DNA of 64,000 bases from Candidatus Moraniibacteriota bacterium (lineage in GTDB: Bacteria; Patescibacteriota; Minisyncoccia; Moranbacterales; UBA1568), in the NCBI GenBank assembly GCA_023261645.1, contig JAHFOO010000003.1, positions 31,951 through 95,950 of the forward strand, read 5' to 3'. A program made the position numbers and the translations under genes. The notes under the pieces were generated by a model. That model searched no databases. It was given only the letters and a program-made list of their open reading frames with translations, and was not told the origin of the DNA. Every line of letters begins with the position of its first letter. Position 1 is the first letter of the stretch. This document shows, piece by piece, positions 41,487 through 50,325 of this stretch.

Positions 41487-41508
41487 CTCTGGCGGCAGGA
41501 TTCGAACC
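41487..41508 (-). repeat. att-like duplicate of the tRNA-Asn 3' end (22 bp)
   Basis: CTCTGGCGGCAGGATTCGAACC is identical to 43637-43658. Confidence 0.9.
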
Positions 41509-41729
41509 GCCTCAAAAAGTCCGGAAACACCCCTTCCGATTGGTTTCCATCCTAGCTTACATCTCGGATCCTGCGAAGTAGCCTTTTGTTGACTTCGTGG
41601 CTTAATATTGATATATTGGCTTGATCTCAAAATACCGAGATCGTATAGCAGTTGTTTTACAATCCCATCAACCTTTGAGCCACACAACCTGCCTTTGGGC
41701 AGGCCGATGCTCAACAAAGGAGATTCATC

Positions 41730-43070
41730 ATGGAAACACCAAGCGTTTTGATTCGTGACGCACAAGCAGACGATTTCGAGTGGGTCGCCGAACTCATGCA
41801 TAACGCCCTTGAATCGTACTACGGGGGCGATCACCGCGCACATGCGAGACGTATCTTCGATGCGCATATCGCTGGCGGTCACGATCATATCGGATTTTTC
41901 TCGTTCGAACAGCACATGTCCATCCTTGAGGTGGACGGTGTCCGAGCAGGAATCATCCATGTGGTCGGTAAACGTCAGTCGACGTACAAGATCAGCCCGC
42001 TTATCCTTGCGCCAGAATATCAGAGCAAGGGCGGATTCGGAACGATCCTTCTCGACTATGCGGAAGGCTATGCGCGCAAACACGAGGCACGGCAGCTCTA
42101 CTGCACGGTCGCGGAAAAGAACGTGTCCGCCATGCAGTTCTTTCTTCGGAAAGGATTCATCCGCGCAGGGAGCTCAGACAGTCACTACAAGACCGGCGTC
42201 ACGGAAACGATGCTCTATAAGCCTCTTTACGAGACAAGCCTGATCACATCGCTGGATCAATTGCATGTGTCGGTCTTACCGCTTGATGAAGTGGACTCCG
42301 AAGTGAAAGCTGAAGTGGCACGACTTTTGCTCGAAACGCTGCCAAACTCATTCGAGGGTATCACTCCCGAATGGATTTCGGCGCTTTTCGACGGATACGC
42401 GAGAAGGAATAGCGCCGACATCAATGCCAAGTACAAGCTGATTTTTGTCGCTTTCGACAGCACTGGGCAAGTAATCGGCGTGGCGGGAGCGACTCCCAAG
42501 AAAGGGAGTCCGATAAAAATCATGCCCTTCATCGCGAAAAGTAACATCGCGTTCGAAGCACTTCTGATCGACATTCCACATCAGCTGGTTCTGTACGGCC
42601 ACAAACTGTACGTCCACATCAACCCGACCGCCGATGAGGTGGTCTCGCTCCAGCGTCTCGGATGGAGGCTTGACTCGGCCTTGCCAAACGCTTACCGTCA
42701 GAACATCGTTACCCAGCAATGGAGTCTCAACATTGGAGAAACACTCATGCGAACCATGCGAATCAAACAACGGTTTTTCGATCTCATCAAGTCTGGAAAG
42801 AAGCCGCTCGAAGTCCGTGTCGGTTACGATTCGATCAAGCGGATCAGAGCCGGCGAGCAGGTCAATCTCGAGACTCACACATCGAGACTCACCGTCAGGA
42901 TCGCCGCCGTCCGGAACTACGGTAGTTTCGAAGCGATGCTCAAGAAGGAGTCCTTCGGGAAGATTGCGCCGGACGTTTCGTCGGAAGCAGAACTCCTTGA
43001 CCTGCTCAAGCAAATCTATCCGCCAAACAAGGAGGCGCTCGGGGTCATAGTGTTTGAGCTCACAAAGTAG
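41730..43070 (+). CDS. GNAT acetyltransferase (tandem GNAT) fused to a C-terminal ASCH domain
   Basis: APEYQSKGGFG acetyl-CoA loop, N.SA..FFLRKGF; second GNAT-like half; ASCH motif FDLIKSGKKPLEVR. AAGGAG RBS. Confidence 0.85.
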   Translation: METPSVLIRDAQADDFEWVAELMHNALESYYGGDHRAHARRIFDAHIAGGHDHIGFFSFEQHMSILEVDGVRAGIIHVVGKRQSTYKISPLILAPEYQSKGGFGTILLDYAEGYARKHEARQLYCTVAEKNVSAMQFFLRKGFIRAGSSDSHYKTGVTETMLYKPLYETSLITSLDQLHVSVLPLDEVDSEVKAEVARLLLETLPNSFEGITPEWISALFDGYARRNSADINAKYKLIFVAFDSTGQVIGVAGATPKKGSPIKIMPFIAKSNIAFEALLIDIPHQLVLYGHKLYVHINPTADEVVSLQRLGWRLDSALPNAYRQNIVTQQWSLNIGETLMRTMRIKQRFFDLIKSGKKPLEVRVGYDSIKRIRAGEQVNLETHTSRLTVRIAAVRNYGSFEAMLKKESFGKIAPDVSSEAELLDLLKQIYPPNKEALGVIVFELTK

Positions 43071-43079
43071 CCACAAACC

Positions 43080-43117
43080 AAAAGCCCGGACACATAATAT
43101 GGTCCGGGCCTCTTTTT
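43080..43117. terminator. Bidirectional terminator
   Basis: AAAAGCCCGGAC...GTCCGGGCCTCTTTTTT between the convergent ASCH genes. Confidence 0.7.
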
Positions 43118-43459
43118 TTATCTTTGAAGTTCGATTCGTATCCCGACTACCCCATACTTTTGCTGCTCTTCCTTCGGATAGAATCGGCTGATTTCTTCAA
43201 ACAAAGCTTCCTTGGAATCTCCGCCAAAATATTCCGGCGGAAAATCCGAGAAGAGATTTTCGAATGAATCATACCGATACAATGCCTTTACTTTTGTCTT
43301 TACTTTTTCCCTAAGATTGTCATTCTGTGAAAACTCGATTTCGTCACCAATATTGATCAATTGACGTTTTTCATCAAAAAGTCGAGATTCGATTATTTTC
43401 TTCCCATTTGCTATTTTCTCAAACGGCTCCTTGGCAAGTTTCATCTGATGAACATTCAT
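43118..43459 (-). CDS. ASCH domain protein
   Basis: HQMKL...FEKIANGKKIIESRLFDEKR..I.IGD.I.F, Y.SFE.L, YGVVGI. Confidence 0.9.
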   Translation of the reverse strand: MNVHQMKLAKEPFEKIANGKKIIESRLFDEKRQLINIGDEIEFSQNDNLREKVKTKVKALYRYDSFENLFSDFPPEYFGGDSKEALFEEISRFYPKEEQQKYGVVGIRIELQR

Positions 43460-43633
43460 ACAAAGACATTTATAGGTTAATAATTGAGTCTCTCAGGTTC
43501 AAATCCGGTTGCTGGCCTGGAATGTAAAACCTATATAAGAGGAAAGAAAAATCGCCACTTTCCGTGACGATTCTCTCTTTCTCTCTGGACTTTCCCCACG
43601 GATAGGAACCGGTCACTTGAGAAATACTGATGT

Positions 43634-43674
43634 TGGCTCTGGCGGCAGGATTCGAACCTGCGACCAAGTGATTA
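43634..43674 (-). tRNA. trnN: tRNA-Asn(GTT), 3' exon (nt 36-76, encoded CCA)
   Basis: Minus strand TAATCACTTGGTCGCAGGTTCGAATCCTGCCGCCAGAGCCA: T-arm GCAGG-TTCGAAT-CCTGC, acceptor strand CGCCAGA, G73, CCA. Confidence 0.93.
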
Positions 43675-44222
43675 CATTTCCCTCTTTGTTTCCAAAAAGA
43701 ATGGACTATATCATCTCCATCGCACGAAGCATTAGGAGTGAGGGGCTTCCCCTTCTATTCATCAGGGTACTCTCTCGCGAGATAGTCTCTGAACCTTCCT
43801 ACTCCTCTAGTAGGCTTGGCTGCTGATTACCATAATCGTGCTGAACAATCGTAGGCTTCCAGCAATTCACCTCATTCTTCACTTCTCGATTTCTCGAGAA
43901 GGCTGCGTAATTTGGAATGTTCTTCTCTGTGACAATTCGCACATATCAGAATACACTTATCTATTTCCTTCTGAACCCTTTCCCAGCTTCGGGTGAGTCC
44001 ATCTTGAGAGATCCCGAAATCCTTTCCGCCGAGAGCGTGATGGAATTCGAGTGCATCTTGACACTGCTTGTAACCACACAAAGAACATTCTCCGCCTTTA
44101 TACATAATCGCTTTTTGACGAATAGCCTTTCGGCGTTTCGCAACAGCGCGTTTTATGTACTCTCGGCGATCAGCATAGGATCTTTTTTCTGGCATATAGT
44201 GTCATATACCATAAATGTTTTC
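43675..44222 (-). ncRNA. Group I intron (548 nt) inserted between anticodon positions 35 and 36
   Basis: Exon ends in U, intron ends in G. P AATTGCTGGAAG, Q AATCAGCAGCC, R TCAGAGACTA, S GATATAGTCC; P2 CTTCTCGA-GAAA-TCGAGAAG; P9 with GAAA loop; IGS GCAG pairs exon CUGU with U.G at the splice site; AUUA pairs 3' exon UAAU (P10). Confidence 0.92.
43872..44195 (-). CDS. Intron-encoded HNH (homing) endonuclease
   Basis: CSLCGY, LEFHH, KCILICANCHREEH Zn-finger HNH motifs; lies entirely within the intron. Confidence 0.85.
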   Translation of the reverse strand: MPEKRSYADRREYIKRAVAKRRKAIRQKAIMYKGGECSLCGYKQCQDALEFHHALGGKDFGISQDGLTRSWERVQKEIDKCILICANCHREEHSKLRSLLEKSRSEE

Positions 44223-44256
44223 ACAGTCACCTGCTCTACCGCTGAGCTACGCCAGA
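44223..44256 (-). tRNA. trnN: tRNA-Asn(GTT), 5' exon (nt 1-35)
   Basis: Minus strand TCTGGCGTAGCTCAGCGGTAGAGCAGGTGACTGT: acceptor TCTGGCG pairs 3'-exon CGCCAGA; D-arm GCTC/GAGC; joined anticodon loop CT-GTT-AA. Confidence 0.93.
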
Positions 44257-44361
44257 ACGTGTTGCCTCTTATAGGCAATGTAACTATTCTAAAGCAAAAA
44301 AAAGAAAAAGGCAACTATACTTGATAATTGCCTCAAAAAAACATTTTATACCGCTGGTATA

Positions 44362-44868
44362 TCAACCGAAAGTGGATTCCAGTCGAGGATGGGAATAATA
44401 AGACTCTATTTTACGTATAGGTCTCCCTAAATCATCTCTTTCGAACAGCAGATGCAATTTTGGACTACCCAAAGCAGCATTATTGCTTACGACGCTATCG
44501 TCGCCGACAAAAAATCCTATATGCCGGTGACCGGGTCCACGTCTACGGAGCTTTTTCCCCCAGACAACAATACATCCGGGACGCGGAGAAGGTATTTTCT
44601 TCTAACCGGACATTTCAAGGTCACGGATTGTTTCATTTACTGTCGTATGCACCCTGCCTTTCGTCAGTCTGAAAAGTGTCAATATCGAAGACACAAAGTA
44701 AGCACAAGCGAGGTCTCCATTCTCGATGACGTCCCTTGGTCCGATGACCGTTTGCACATACAGATGTCTGTATTGATTCGAGCCGACGCTTCCCTGAATC
44801 ATCGCAAAATACGTCTTGAAAAAGGCGAGAGGGTATCCCTCTTCTTTATGAATTGTTTTCATCGTCAT
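44362..44868 (-). pseudogene. NlpC/P60/CHAP-like cysteine amidase gene interrupted by one in-frame TAG
   Basis: AGGAG RBS and ATG 44868; LACAYFVS...SG*KKIPSPRPGCIVVWG...GHRHIGF...SN continues in frame to TGA 44362. TAG at 44602-44604 sits where Trp (TGG) is plausible. Confidence 0.7.
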
Positions 44869-45045
44869 TTTCTCCTGGTAAGGTACTATTGTAAGAACTG
44901 AAAAAGAAAATTTGCCACAGATACTGTCACTCGAAATGAGTGTCTGTACCCATAACGTCTTTCTTCTCTCAAACTCTCGGGAAAGCTTGAGTAAGAAAAA
45001 TATAGCAAATGAAGAGGGTTTTAGCAACACCGAAAGGAGAATTAT

Positions 45046-45072
45046 CAAAAACCCCTCCAAGGAGGAGGGGTT
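45046..45072 (-). terminator. rpoD terminator
   Basis: AAAACCCCTCC-aagga-GGAGGGGTT hairpin just downstream of the rpoD stop. Confidence 0.7.
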
Positions 45073-45083
45073 CTGAAAAATCT

Positions 45084-46502
45084 CTAATAGTCTCTAAGTT
45101 TCCGAATATCCGCGTGCTCACGGATCTTTTCGAGAGCCTTGGCTTCAATCTGGCGGATACGTTCACGCGTCACACCGAATTCCTGCCCCACCTCTTCGAG
45201 AGTATGTGTCACGCCGTCTTCCAATCCGAAACGGATACGGAGAATTTTCTGTTCTCGCGGAGTGAGTTCGTCCAAAATATCAGAAATATGCGATTTCAAA
45301 AGTTTCCGTGAAGCAGATTGATTTGGCATCACTGTTTCGGTATCTTCGATGAAGTCCCCGAGCACACTATCGTCTTCATTATCACCGACGGATGTTTCGA
45401 GAGAAACAGTTTCTTGTGAAATTTTCTGGATGTGGCGAATCTTCTCGACTTCGATGTTCATCTCCGCGGCGATTTCCTCTGCCAATGGTTCGCGTCCGAG
45501 TTCCTGTACCAAACGACGGGTCACCTGGGCGTATTTGTTGATCGTTTCCACCATATGCACCGGGATACGGATCGTACGCGATTGATCAGCAAGTGCTCGC
45601 GTGATAGCCTGACGGATCCACCACGTAGCATAGGTAGAAAACTTATAGCCTTTGCGATAATCAAATTTTTCGACAGCTCGGAACAGTCCTATATTGCCTT
45701 CTTGGATGAGGTCAAGAAGCGAGAGATTGTGCGATCGACCGACATACTTCTTGGCAATCGACACGACCAATCGCAAGTTGGCTTCCGTCAGACGCTGTTT
45801 CGCAGGGATATCACCTTTTTCGATCAGTTTGGCGAGACGCACTTCTTCTTCTCCGTTGAGCAGAGCCACGCGTCCGATTTCTTTCAGATACATCTGCACC
45901 AGATCGGACGTATTCTCTTCACCAAGATCCATCATCTTGTCTTTAGCTTTCGGCGCCGCTTTACTTTTTTCTTTACCCTTGTCCTTTCCTTTGCCTTTCT
46001 CTTTTTCTTTCTTACCGAAATTCGCCCCTTCCTTCTCTATATCGAGTTTCAACATTTCTTCCGAACCGATGACACGGATTCCAGATGTCTCGAGTTTTTC
46101 ATACAGACTTTCCAGATGATCCAAATCCTGTTCCACATCGGGCAAGATATGAATGATCTCATCTTCCGTCACGAAACCGCGTTGCTTCCCGCGCGCGAGC
46201 AATTCCGTCACAGCATCTTGCTGTTCTTCGATGCGTTCCCTGCTCTGAGAAGCTCTTTTCTTCACCGGCTTCACATATTTTTTATGAGCGACTTTCGATT
46301 TTTTGGAAACGATCTTTGTTTTTTTTGATGCCGTTTTTTTCGTCTGCTTTTTCTTCACGACAACCTGTTTCTTTTTCTTGCCGATCGGATGAATCTTTTT
46401 CTGCACTTTTTTATGAAGCACCTTTTTGGCAGACTTCTTCATAGGTTTCTTTCCCTTATTCAAGGGTTTTTTTGCACCTTTCTTCATAATCTTTTTTGTC
46501 AT
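45084..46502 (-). CDS. rpoD: Primary RNA polymerase sigma factor RpoD with Lys-rich N-terminal extension
   Basis: [61 protein letters not shown]. Confidence 0.98.
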   Translation of the reverse strand: MTKKIMKKGAKKPLNKGKKPMKKSAKKVLHKKVQKKIHPIGKKKKQVVVKKKQTKKTASKKTKIVSKKSKVAHKKYVKPVKKRASQSRERIEEQQDAVTELLARGKQRGFVTEDEIIHILPDVEQDLDHLESLYEKLETSGIRVIGSEEMLKLDIEKEGANFGKKEKEKGKGKDKGKEKSKAAPKAKDKMMDLGEENTSDLVQMYLKEIGRVALLNGEEEVRLAKLIEKGDIPAKQRLTEANLRLVVSIAKKYVGRSHNLSLLDLIQEGNIGLFRAVEKFDYRKGYKFSTYATWWIRQAITRALADQSRTIRIPVHMVETINKYAQVTRRLVQELGREPLAEEIAAEMNIEVEKIRHIQKISQETVSLETSVGDNEDDSVLGDFIEDTETVMPNQSASRKLLKSHISDILDELTPREQKILRIRFGLEDGVTHTLEEVGQEFGVTRERIRQIEAKALEKIREHADIRKLRDY

Positions 46503-46590
46503 AAGATCTTATTTATTAGAAAATAGCGAAACCCCCTCTTGTGAGTCTCGGATGATTATCATTTATGAATACCGTATCCTAGCAACATTC

Positions 46591-48432
46591 TTAGGATTTG
46601 TCCAAAGAAATTTCCGTGAATTGAGCCAAAAGCTTCTTCTCCAATTCATTATCATTTTTCTCTCGTGCTTCTCTCAATGCTCGTTCCAGTGCGATGAGTT
46701 TCTCACGTTTGGTAATCTCCCTTTTCAAATCTTCGAAATAACTCTTGGCTATTTCGAGCATCTTCCCTGTCCGGTCTTCTTCCGGCACATCGATGAAATC
46801 CGGTAATTCCAAAATATGAAATATCAGTCTCGTCGCCTCATTCTTCAGCACAGAATCCTCTATGAGGGTCAGTGGATCCCTTATTCCTGCCTGAACCAGA
46901 AAGAAGTAGAGGGGGTGTTTTTCGAGAAATGATTTGGTCTCATCATCGAGAAGAAGATTGAAAAAGGTTTCACGGACGACGCTATCCGCATACATAAATC
47001 CTACCAATTCCTCCCGTAACAATTCAGAACGTTTTCCAAATGGAATCGTACCCTTGAGAGGCTCTCCTCTTCCTGTCTCAAATGGAGTATACCTCTCCCG
47101 GCGTTCCCGCGACTGGATGACTGTATTTACTACACCCAGCACGAGTTTTTCTTCCATCTGTATCGCTTCCGAGAGTTCTTTGACCCAAAAAGCCCGTTCG
47201 ATGGGATTCTTCACAAACACCAGAAGCTCGGCGTATTCTTCCGCTATTTTCCGTTTCCCATCAGGCGTATTCTGATCATATTGTTTCAAACTGGTTTGGA
47301 GGAAATACCGTAGTGCCGGAATCGAAGCCTTGACCGCCTCTCTTAGTCCTTCCGGGTTCTCTTTGCCCATATCCGAAGCGTCTTTGCCGGATGTAAGGGC
47401 GACGACTGAGACAATCATCTCTTTCGAGAGTGCCGATTCCGCGCTTTTCCTCGCCGCCTTTTGTCCTGCTCCATCCATATCGAAAAACAATTTCACTTCA
47501 CTACCATAGCGTTTCATCGTCGTCAACTGCTCATCAGTGAGAGCGGTACCGGAAACGGCCACTGTATTTTTGATACCTGCTTGATGCATCGCGATGACGT
47601 CCATATTCCCCTCCACAATCACCGTTATGCCTTCCTGCTTCATCGCCATTTTTGCCTGAAACAAGCCATACAAAGCTCGGCTTTTGTGGTAGACTGGAGT
47701 CTCGGGCGTATTGATATATTTCGCCTGTGTCTCATCGCCACCCGGTGCCACCCGTGCCGAATACCCGATCACCCGACCGAGGATATCAAAGATAGGAAAC
47801 ATAATGCGATCACGGAAACGATCATAGTGAGTAGAATCTTGAGTCTTGAATCTTGAATCTTGGTTTCCTTCGTTGGATTTTTTTATAACGAGTCCGGCGC
47901 TCTCCATTTCTTGCACAGAAAAACCTCTACTCGTGAGAAATTCCAACAAATGTCGCCAACCATCCGGCGCATAGCCGAGACGAAATGTTGCGATGCTCTC
48001 CTGTGAGAGACCGCGTTCGGAAAGATATGTCCCTATTTTTTTCTGTCCGACTTCTCCTGCCAATTGTTTTTCGAAAAATTTTGTAGCCAGCTCGAGAAGT
48101 TCATATACACGGTCTTTGGTTTCTTTGTTTTTCTCTTCTCCTTTGTACTGTGGCAATTCCACTCCGGCACGTTCTGCCAGCATCTTGAGAACTTCACGAA
48201 ATTCGAGGCCCTCCATTTCCATCACGAACGCGAATACGTCTCCGCCCTTGCCACAACCGAAGCAGTGCCACATATTCTTCTCTTCGTTCACCATAAAAGA
48301 TGGTGTCCGTTCCTGATGGAATGGGCAACACGCTTTGTAATGCACGCCGGACTTGTCCAGATGAACATACGATCCGATAAGGTCGACGATGTTCAGTCGT
48401 GCTTTGATTTCGTCAATGGTTCCGTCTGACAT
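46591..48432 (-). CDS. dnaG: DNA primase
   Basis: CPFHQERTPSF Zn ribbon, DRFRDRIMFPI, KYINTPET, VEGNMDV, FDMDGAG. Confidence 0.98.
   Translation of the reverse strand: MSDGTIDEIKARLNIVDLIGSYVHLDKSGVHYKACCPFHQERTPSFMVNEEKNMWHCFGCGKGGDVFAFVMEMEGLEFREVLKMLAERAGVELPQYKGEEKNKETKDRVYELLELATKFFEKQLAGEVGQKKIGTYLSERGLSQESIATFRLGYAPDGWRHLLEFLTSRGFSVQEMESAGLVIKKSNEGNQDSRFKTQDSTHYDRFRDRIMFPIFDILGRVIGYSARVAPGGDETQAKYINTPETPVYHKSRALYGLFQAKMAMKQEGITVIVEGNMDVIAMHQAGIKNTVAVSGTALTDEQLTTMKRYGSEVKLFFDMDGAGQKAARKSAESALSKEMIVSVVALTSGKDASDMGKENPEGLREAVKASIPALRYFLQTSLKQYDQNTPDGKRKIAEEYAELLVFVKNPIERAFWVKELSEAIQMEEKLVLGVVNTVIQSRERRERYTPFETGRGEPLKGTIPFGKRSELLREELVGFMYADSVVRETFFNLLLDDETKSFLEKHPLYFFLVQAGIRDPLTLIEDSVLKNEATRLIFHILELPDFIDVPEEDRTGKMLEIAKSYFEDLKREITKREKLIALERALREAREKNDNELEKKLLAQFTEISLDKS
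47834..47861 (+). repeat. Heptamer tandem repeat (GAATCTT)x4 inside dnaG
   Basis: GAATCTT GAGTCTT GAATCTT GAATCTT; encodes QDSRFKTQDS in a primase loop. Confidence 0.8.
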
Positions 48433-48543
48433 AGTATTTTTTATCTCACTGACTGAATAATAGCTCTCAATAGGGCTAAAAAGCAAATCCTCACGAAGCG
48501 ACTTGCTCCGCGAGGAAGATGAAAATATTTATCCTTCCGTTCC

Positions 48544-49353
48544 CTACTTCTGTCCAACAATCACAAGGATATCAGTACCGGGATTTACTTCTCCATCCGG
48601 GAGTGTCGCTACGATTTTTCCGCCAATAGTTTCTGCAAGCTTGGTAACAAAATCGGCATTTTTTCCCGAGAGATCAATAACCTGTGTCTCCGTATAATCA
48701 CTTTTTACTGCTTTCTCTTTCTTTTCCACTGTTACTGCGGGAAATTTCGCTATAATACTGTCTTCGAGCGTATTAGTGGCACCAATTTTCATCGTCCCAT
48801 TATACAAGGCCAGCCTCAATGAAATAGGAGTCTCTGCCGGTGTAGTCGTTTGTTCGCCGACTACCGCCTCTTTTGGTACGTCTACGGCAGACGATACATC
48901 CGTGACAGGAGCAGTTGCCTTGATGTCAGTCACATTGATTGTCGTAACATCAATAATTTTCCCAGTTGAAGGTCTGTACAGAATGGCTTTCTTCGCATTC
49001 GTATAAAGGAGCACCTTATCGCCATTCTCGGCCCTATCGAAAAAAGATGATTTTTCAAGTTTTGATTTATCATTAATCGTAGCCAGTGTCGGTGTCTCAT
49101 CGGGTAATTCCATCAATTTTCCGATACTATTTTTTACCTGTGCCAATTCATCTTCTGCCGTCTTGGTGACAGGAACATTTTTATACTGAAAATAAAAATA
49201 TACGGCTACTCCGGAGGCAACTACAAATAGAATAAAAAGAGTGAGGAAAGACGAGATGAGAAGGGTGTTTTTTTTCTGATTACCACTTAATGGTACTGAT
49301 TTGACAGTCGCATCTCTCAACCCTTCTCCCTTCTTTTTCGAAAAAAAAGACAT
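48544..49353 (-). CDS. Membrane protein with LytR C-terminal domain
   Basis: TM; LYNGT..IG, T.VIDLSG, DILVIVG (LytR_C-like). Confidence 0.75.
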   Translation of the reverse strand: MSFFSKKKGEGLRDATVKSVPLSGNQKKNTLLISSFLTLFILFVVASGVAVYFYFQYKNVPVTKTAEDELAQVKNSIGKLMELPDETPTLATINDKSKLEKSSFFDRAENGDKVLLYTNAKKAILYRPSTGKIIDVTTINVTDIKATAPVTDVSSAVDVPKEAVVGEQTTTPAETPISLRLALYNGTMKIGATNTLEDSIIAKFPAVTVEKKEKAVKSDYTETQVIDLSGKNADFVTKLAETIGGKIVATLPDGEVNPGTDILVIVGQK

Positions 49354-49422
49354 ATGTTTATTTATTTTAAATTTATCCACCTTCAGTATAACAAACAAAC
49401 TCCCTTCTTTGAAGAGTCTTCA

Positions 49423-50208
49423 CTACTCCGAAACACCTGTTTCTGGTGAAGTGACAACATGAGGTGTTTCAACTGTAGTCTGCCCAGCAACTGGCAGGAC
49501 AGTTTCGTTTGTTTGTACATCTCCGCTTACCGTCCCATCCGTAGGCTGTACCACATTTGTCGAATCCTCCGGCACTACTTGGGTTGATGTATCGTCAGGA
49601 ATGACTGGCGTATTCACATCTGGAGTAACCTGGACCTCCGATGGGCGGATAATGCTTTCTTCTGACGTAAAATCACCAAAAAACTGAGCAAGAGTGTCGA
49701 GTGTCGTACGAAGAAATCCAATCAATGTACGTTTGACGGTATCTTTCACATAATCGGCTTGGGGGAGGTTTTCTTCCATCACGCCAAGAGACTTGCTCAT
49801 CTGTGCTAAATTACTACCAAAGTCATTTACGGCTTGTTCAAAGGTATTCTTTGGTGGTTGATTCTCTTTTTTAGGGGCAACTTGCACAGCAGGAACAATG
49901 ACGATTTTTTTCATTGTGATTCTTTTCTCAGCCGGATCACCATTGACCCAGAGGGTATACTGACCATCTGGAATATTCCACTGCGACAAATCATCCGAGA
50001 AAGAAAATACGCCATCTTTACACGGTGTGCCAGAAGAATAGACTGATTCCTGGTCACTGTTCACGTGAGTGAGTGTGAATTTCACATCCATCGAACAAAC
50101 ACCGGACAATGTCAAGACATTTTCGGTCGATTGCAAAGTGTATTTCTCTTTCGCAAAAATCGGTATCGGAATCGAAAGAAGAAACAAGGCAAAAATGATT
50201 TTTTTCAT
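49423..50208 (-). CDS. Hypothetical secreted protein with Pro/Thr/Val-rich tail
   Basis: Signal peptide MKKIIFALFLL; low-complexity C-terminus. Confidence 0.7.
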   Translation of the reverse strand: MKKIIFALFLLSIPIPIFAKEKYTLQSTENVLTLSGVCSMDVKFTLTHVNSDQESVYSSGTPCKDGVFSFSDDLSQWNIPDGQYTLWVNGDPAEKRITMKKIVIVPAVQVAPKKENQPPKNTFEQAVNDFGSNLAQMSKSLGVMEENLPQADYVKDTVKRTLIGFLRTTLDTLAQFFGDFTSEESIIRPSEVQVTPDVNTPVIPDDTSTQVVPEDSTNVVQPTDGTVSGDVQTNETVLPVAGQTTVETPHVVTSPETGVSE

Positions 50209-50325
50209 GAGATTTCTATATCTTTTTTCTTCATTGTAGCATAAAAACCACATCTTATCCAAAGAAAACCTTTAAATAGAGAGAGAAAGGTGCTATTATA
50301 ACAATGCTCAAAATCTCCATTATTT

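Larger units (their letters stand above)
41487..43658. mobile_element. Small genomic island integrated at the tRNA-Asn 3' end (no integrase)
   Basis: Bounded by a 22-bp direct repeat of the tRNA T-arm/acceptor; main gene is visibly GC-richer than its flanks. Confidence 0.75.

Noticed and set aside
43470-43826. Small ORFs MVAGSNPAAR... and ...GGRIRTCDQ...
   Set aside because: These are translations of tRNA and intron sequence, not proteins.
44205-44227. Alternative splice site after U33 giving tRNA-Thr(TGT), suggested by a local ACUGU/AUGGU hairpin
   Set aside because: The intron would end in A rather than G. The distal IGS (GCAG) and P10 (AUUA) fit the 35/36 site, and U1-A72 with G73 fit Asn.
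45432-46328. 298-aa ORF antisense to rpoD, and similar long antisense ORFs over eno, the RND gene, the malic enzyme and the adhesins
   Set aside because: Shadow ORFs of conserved genes with no motifs of their own.
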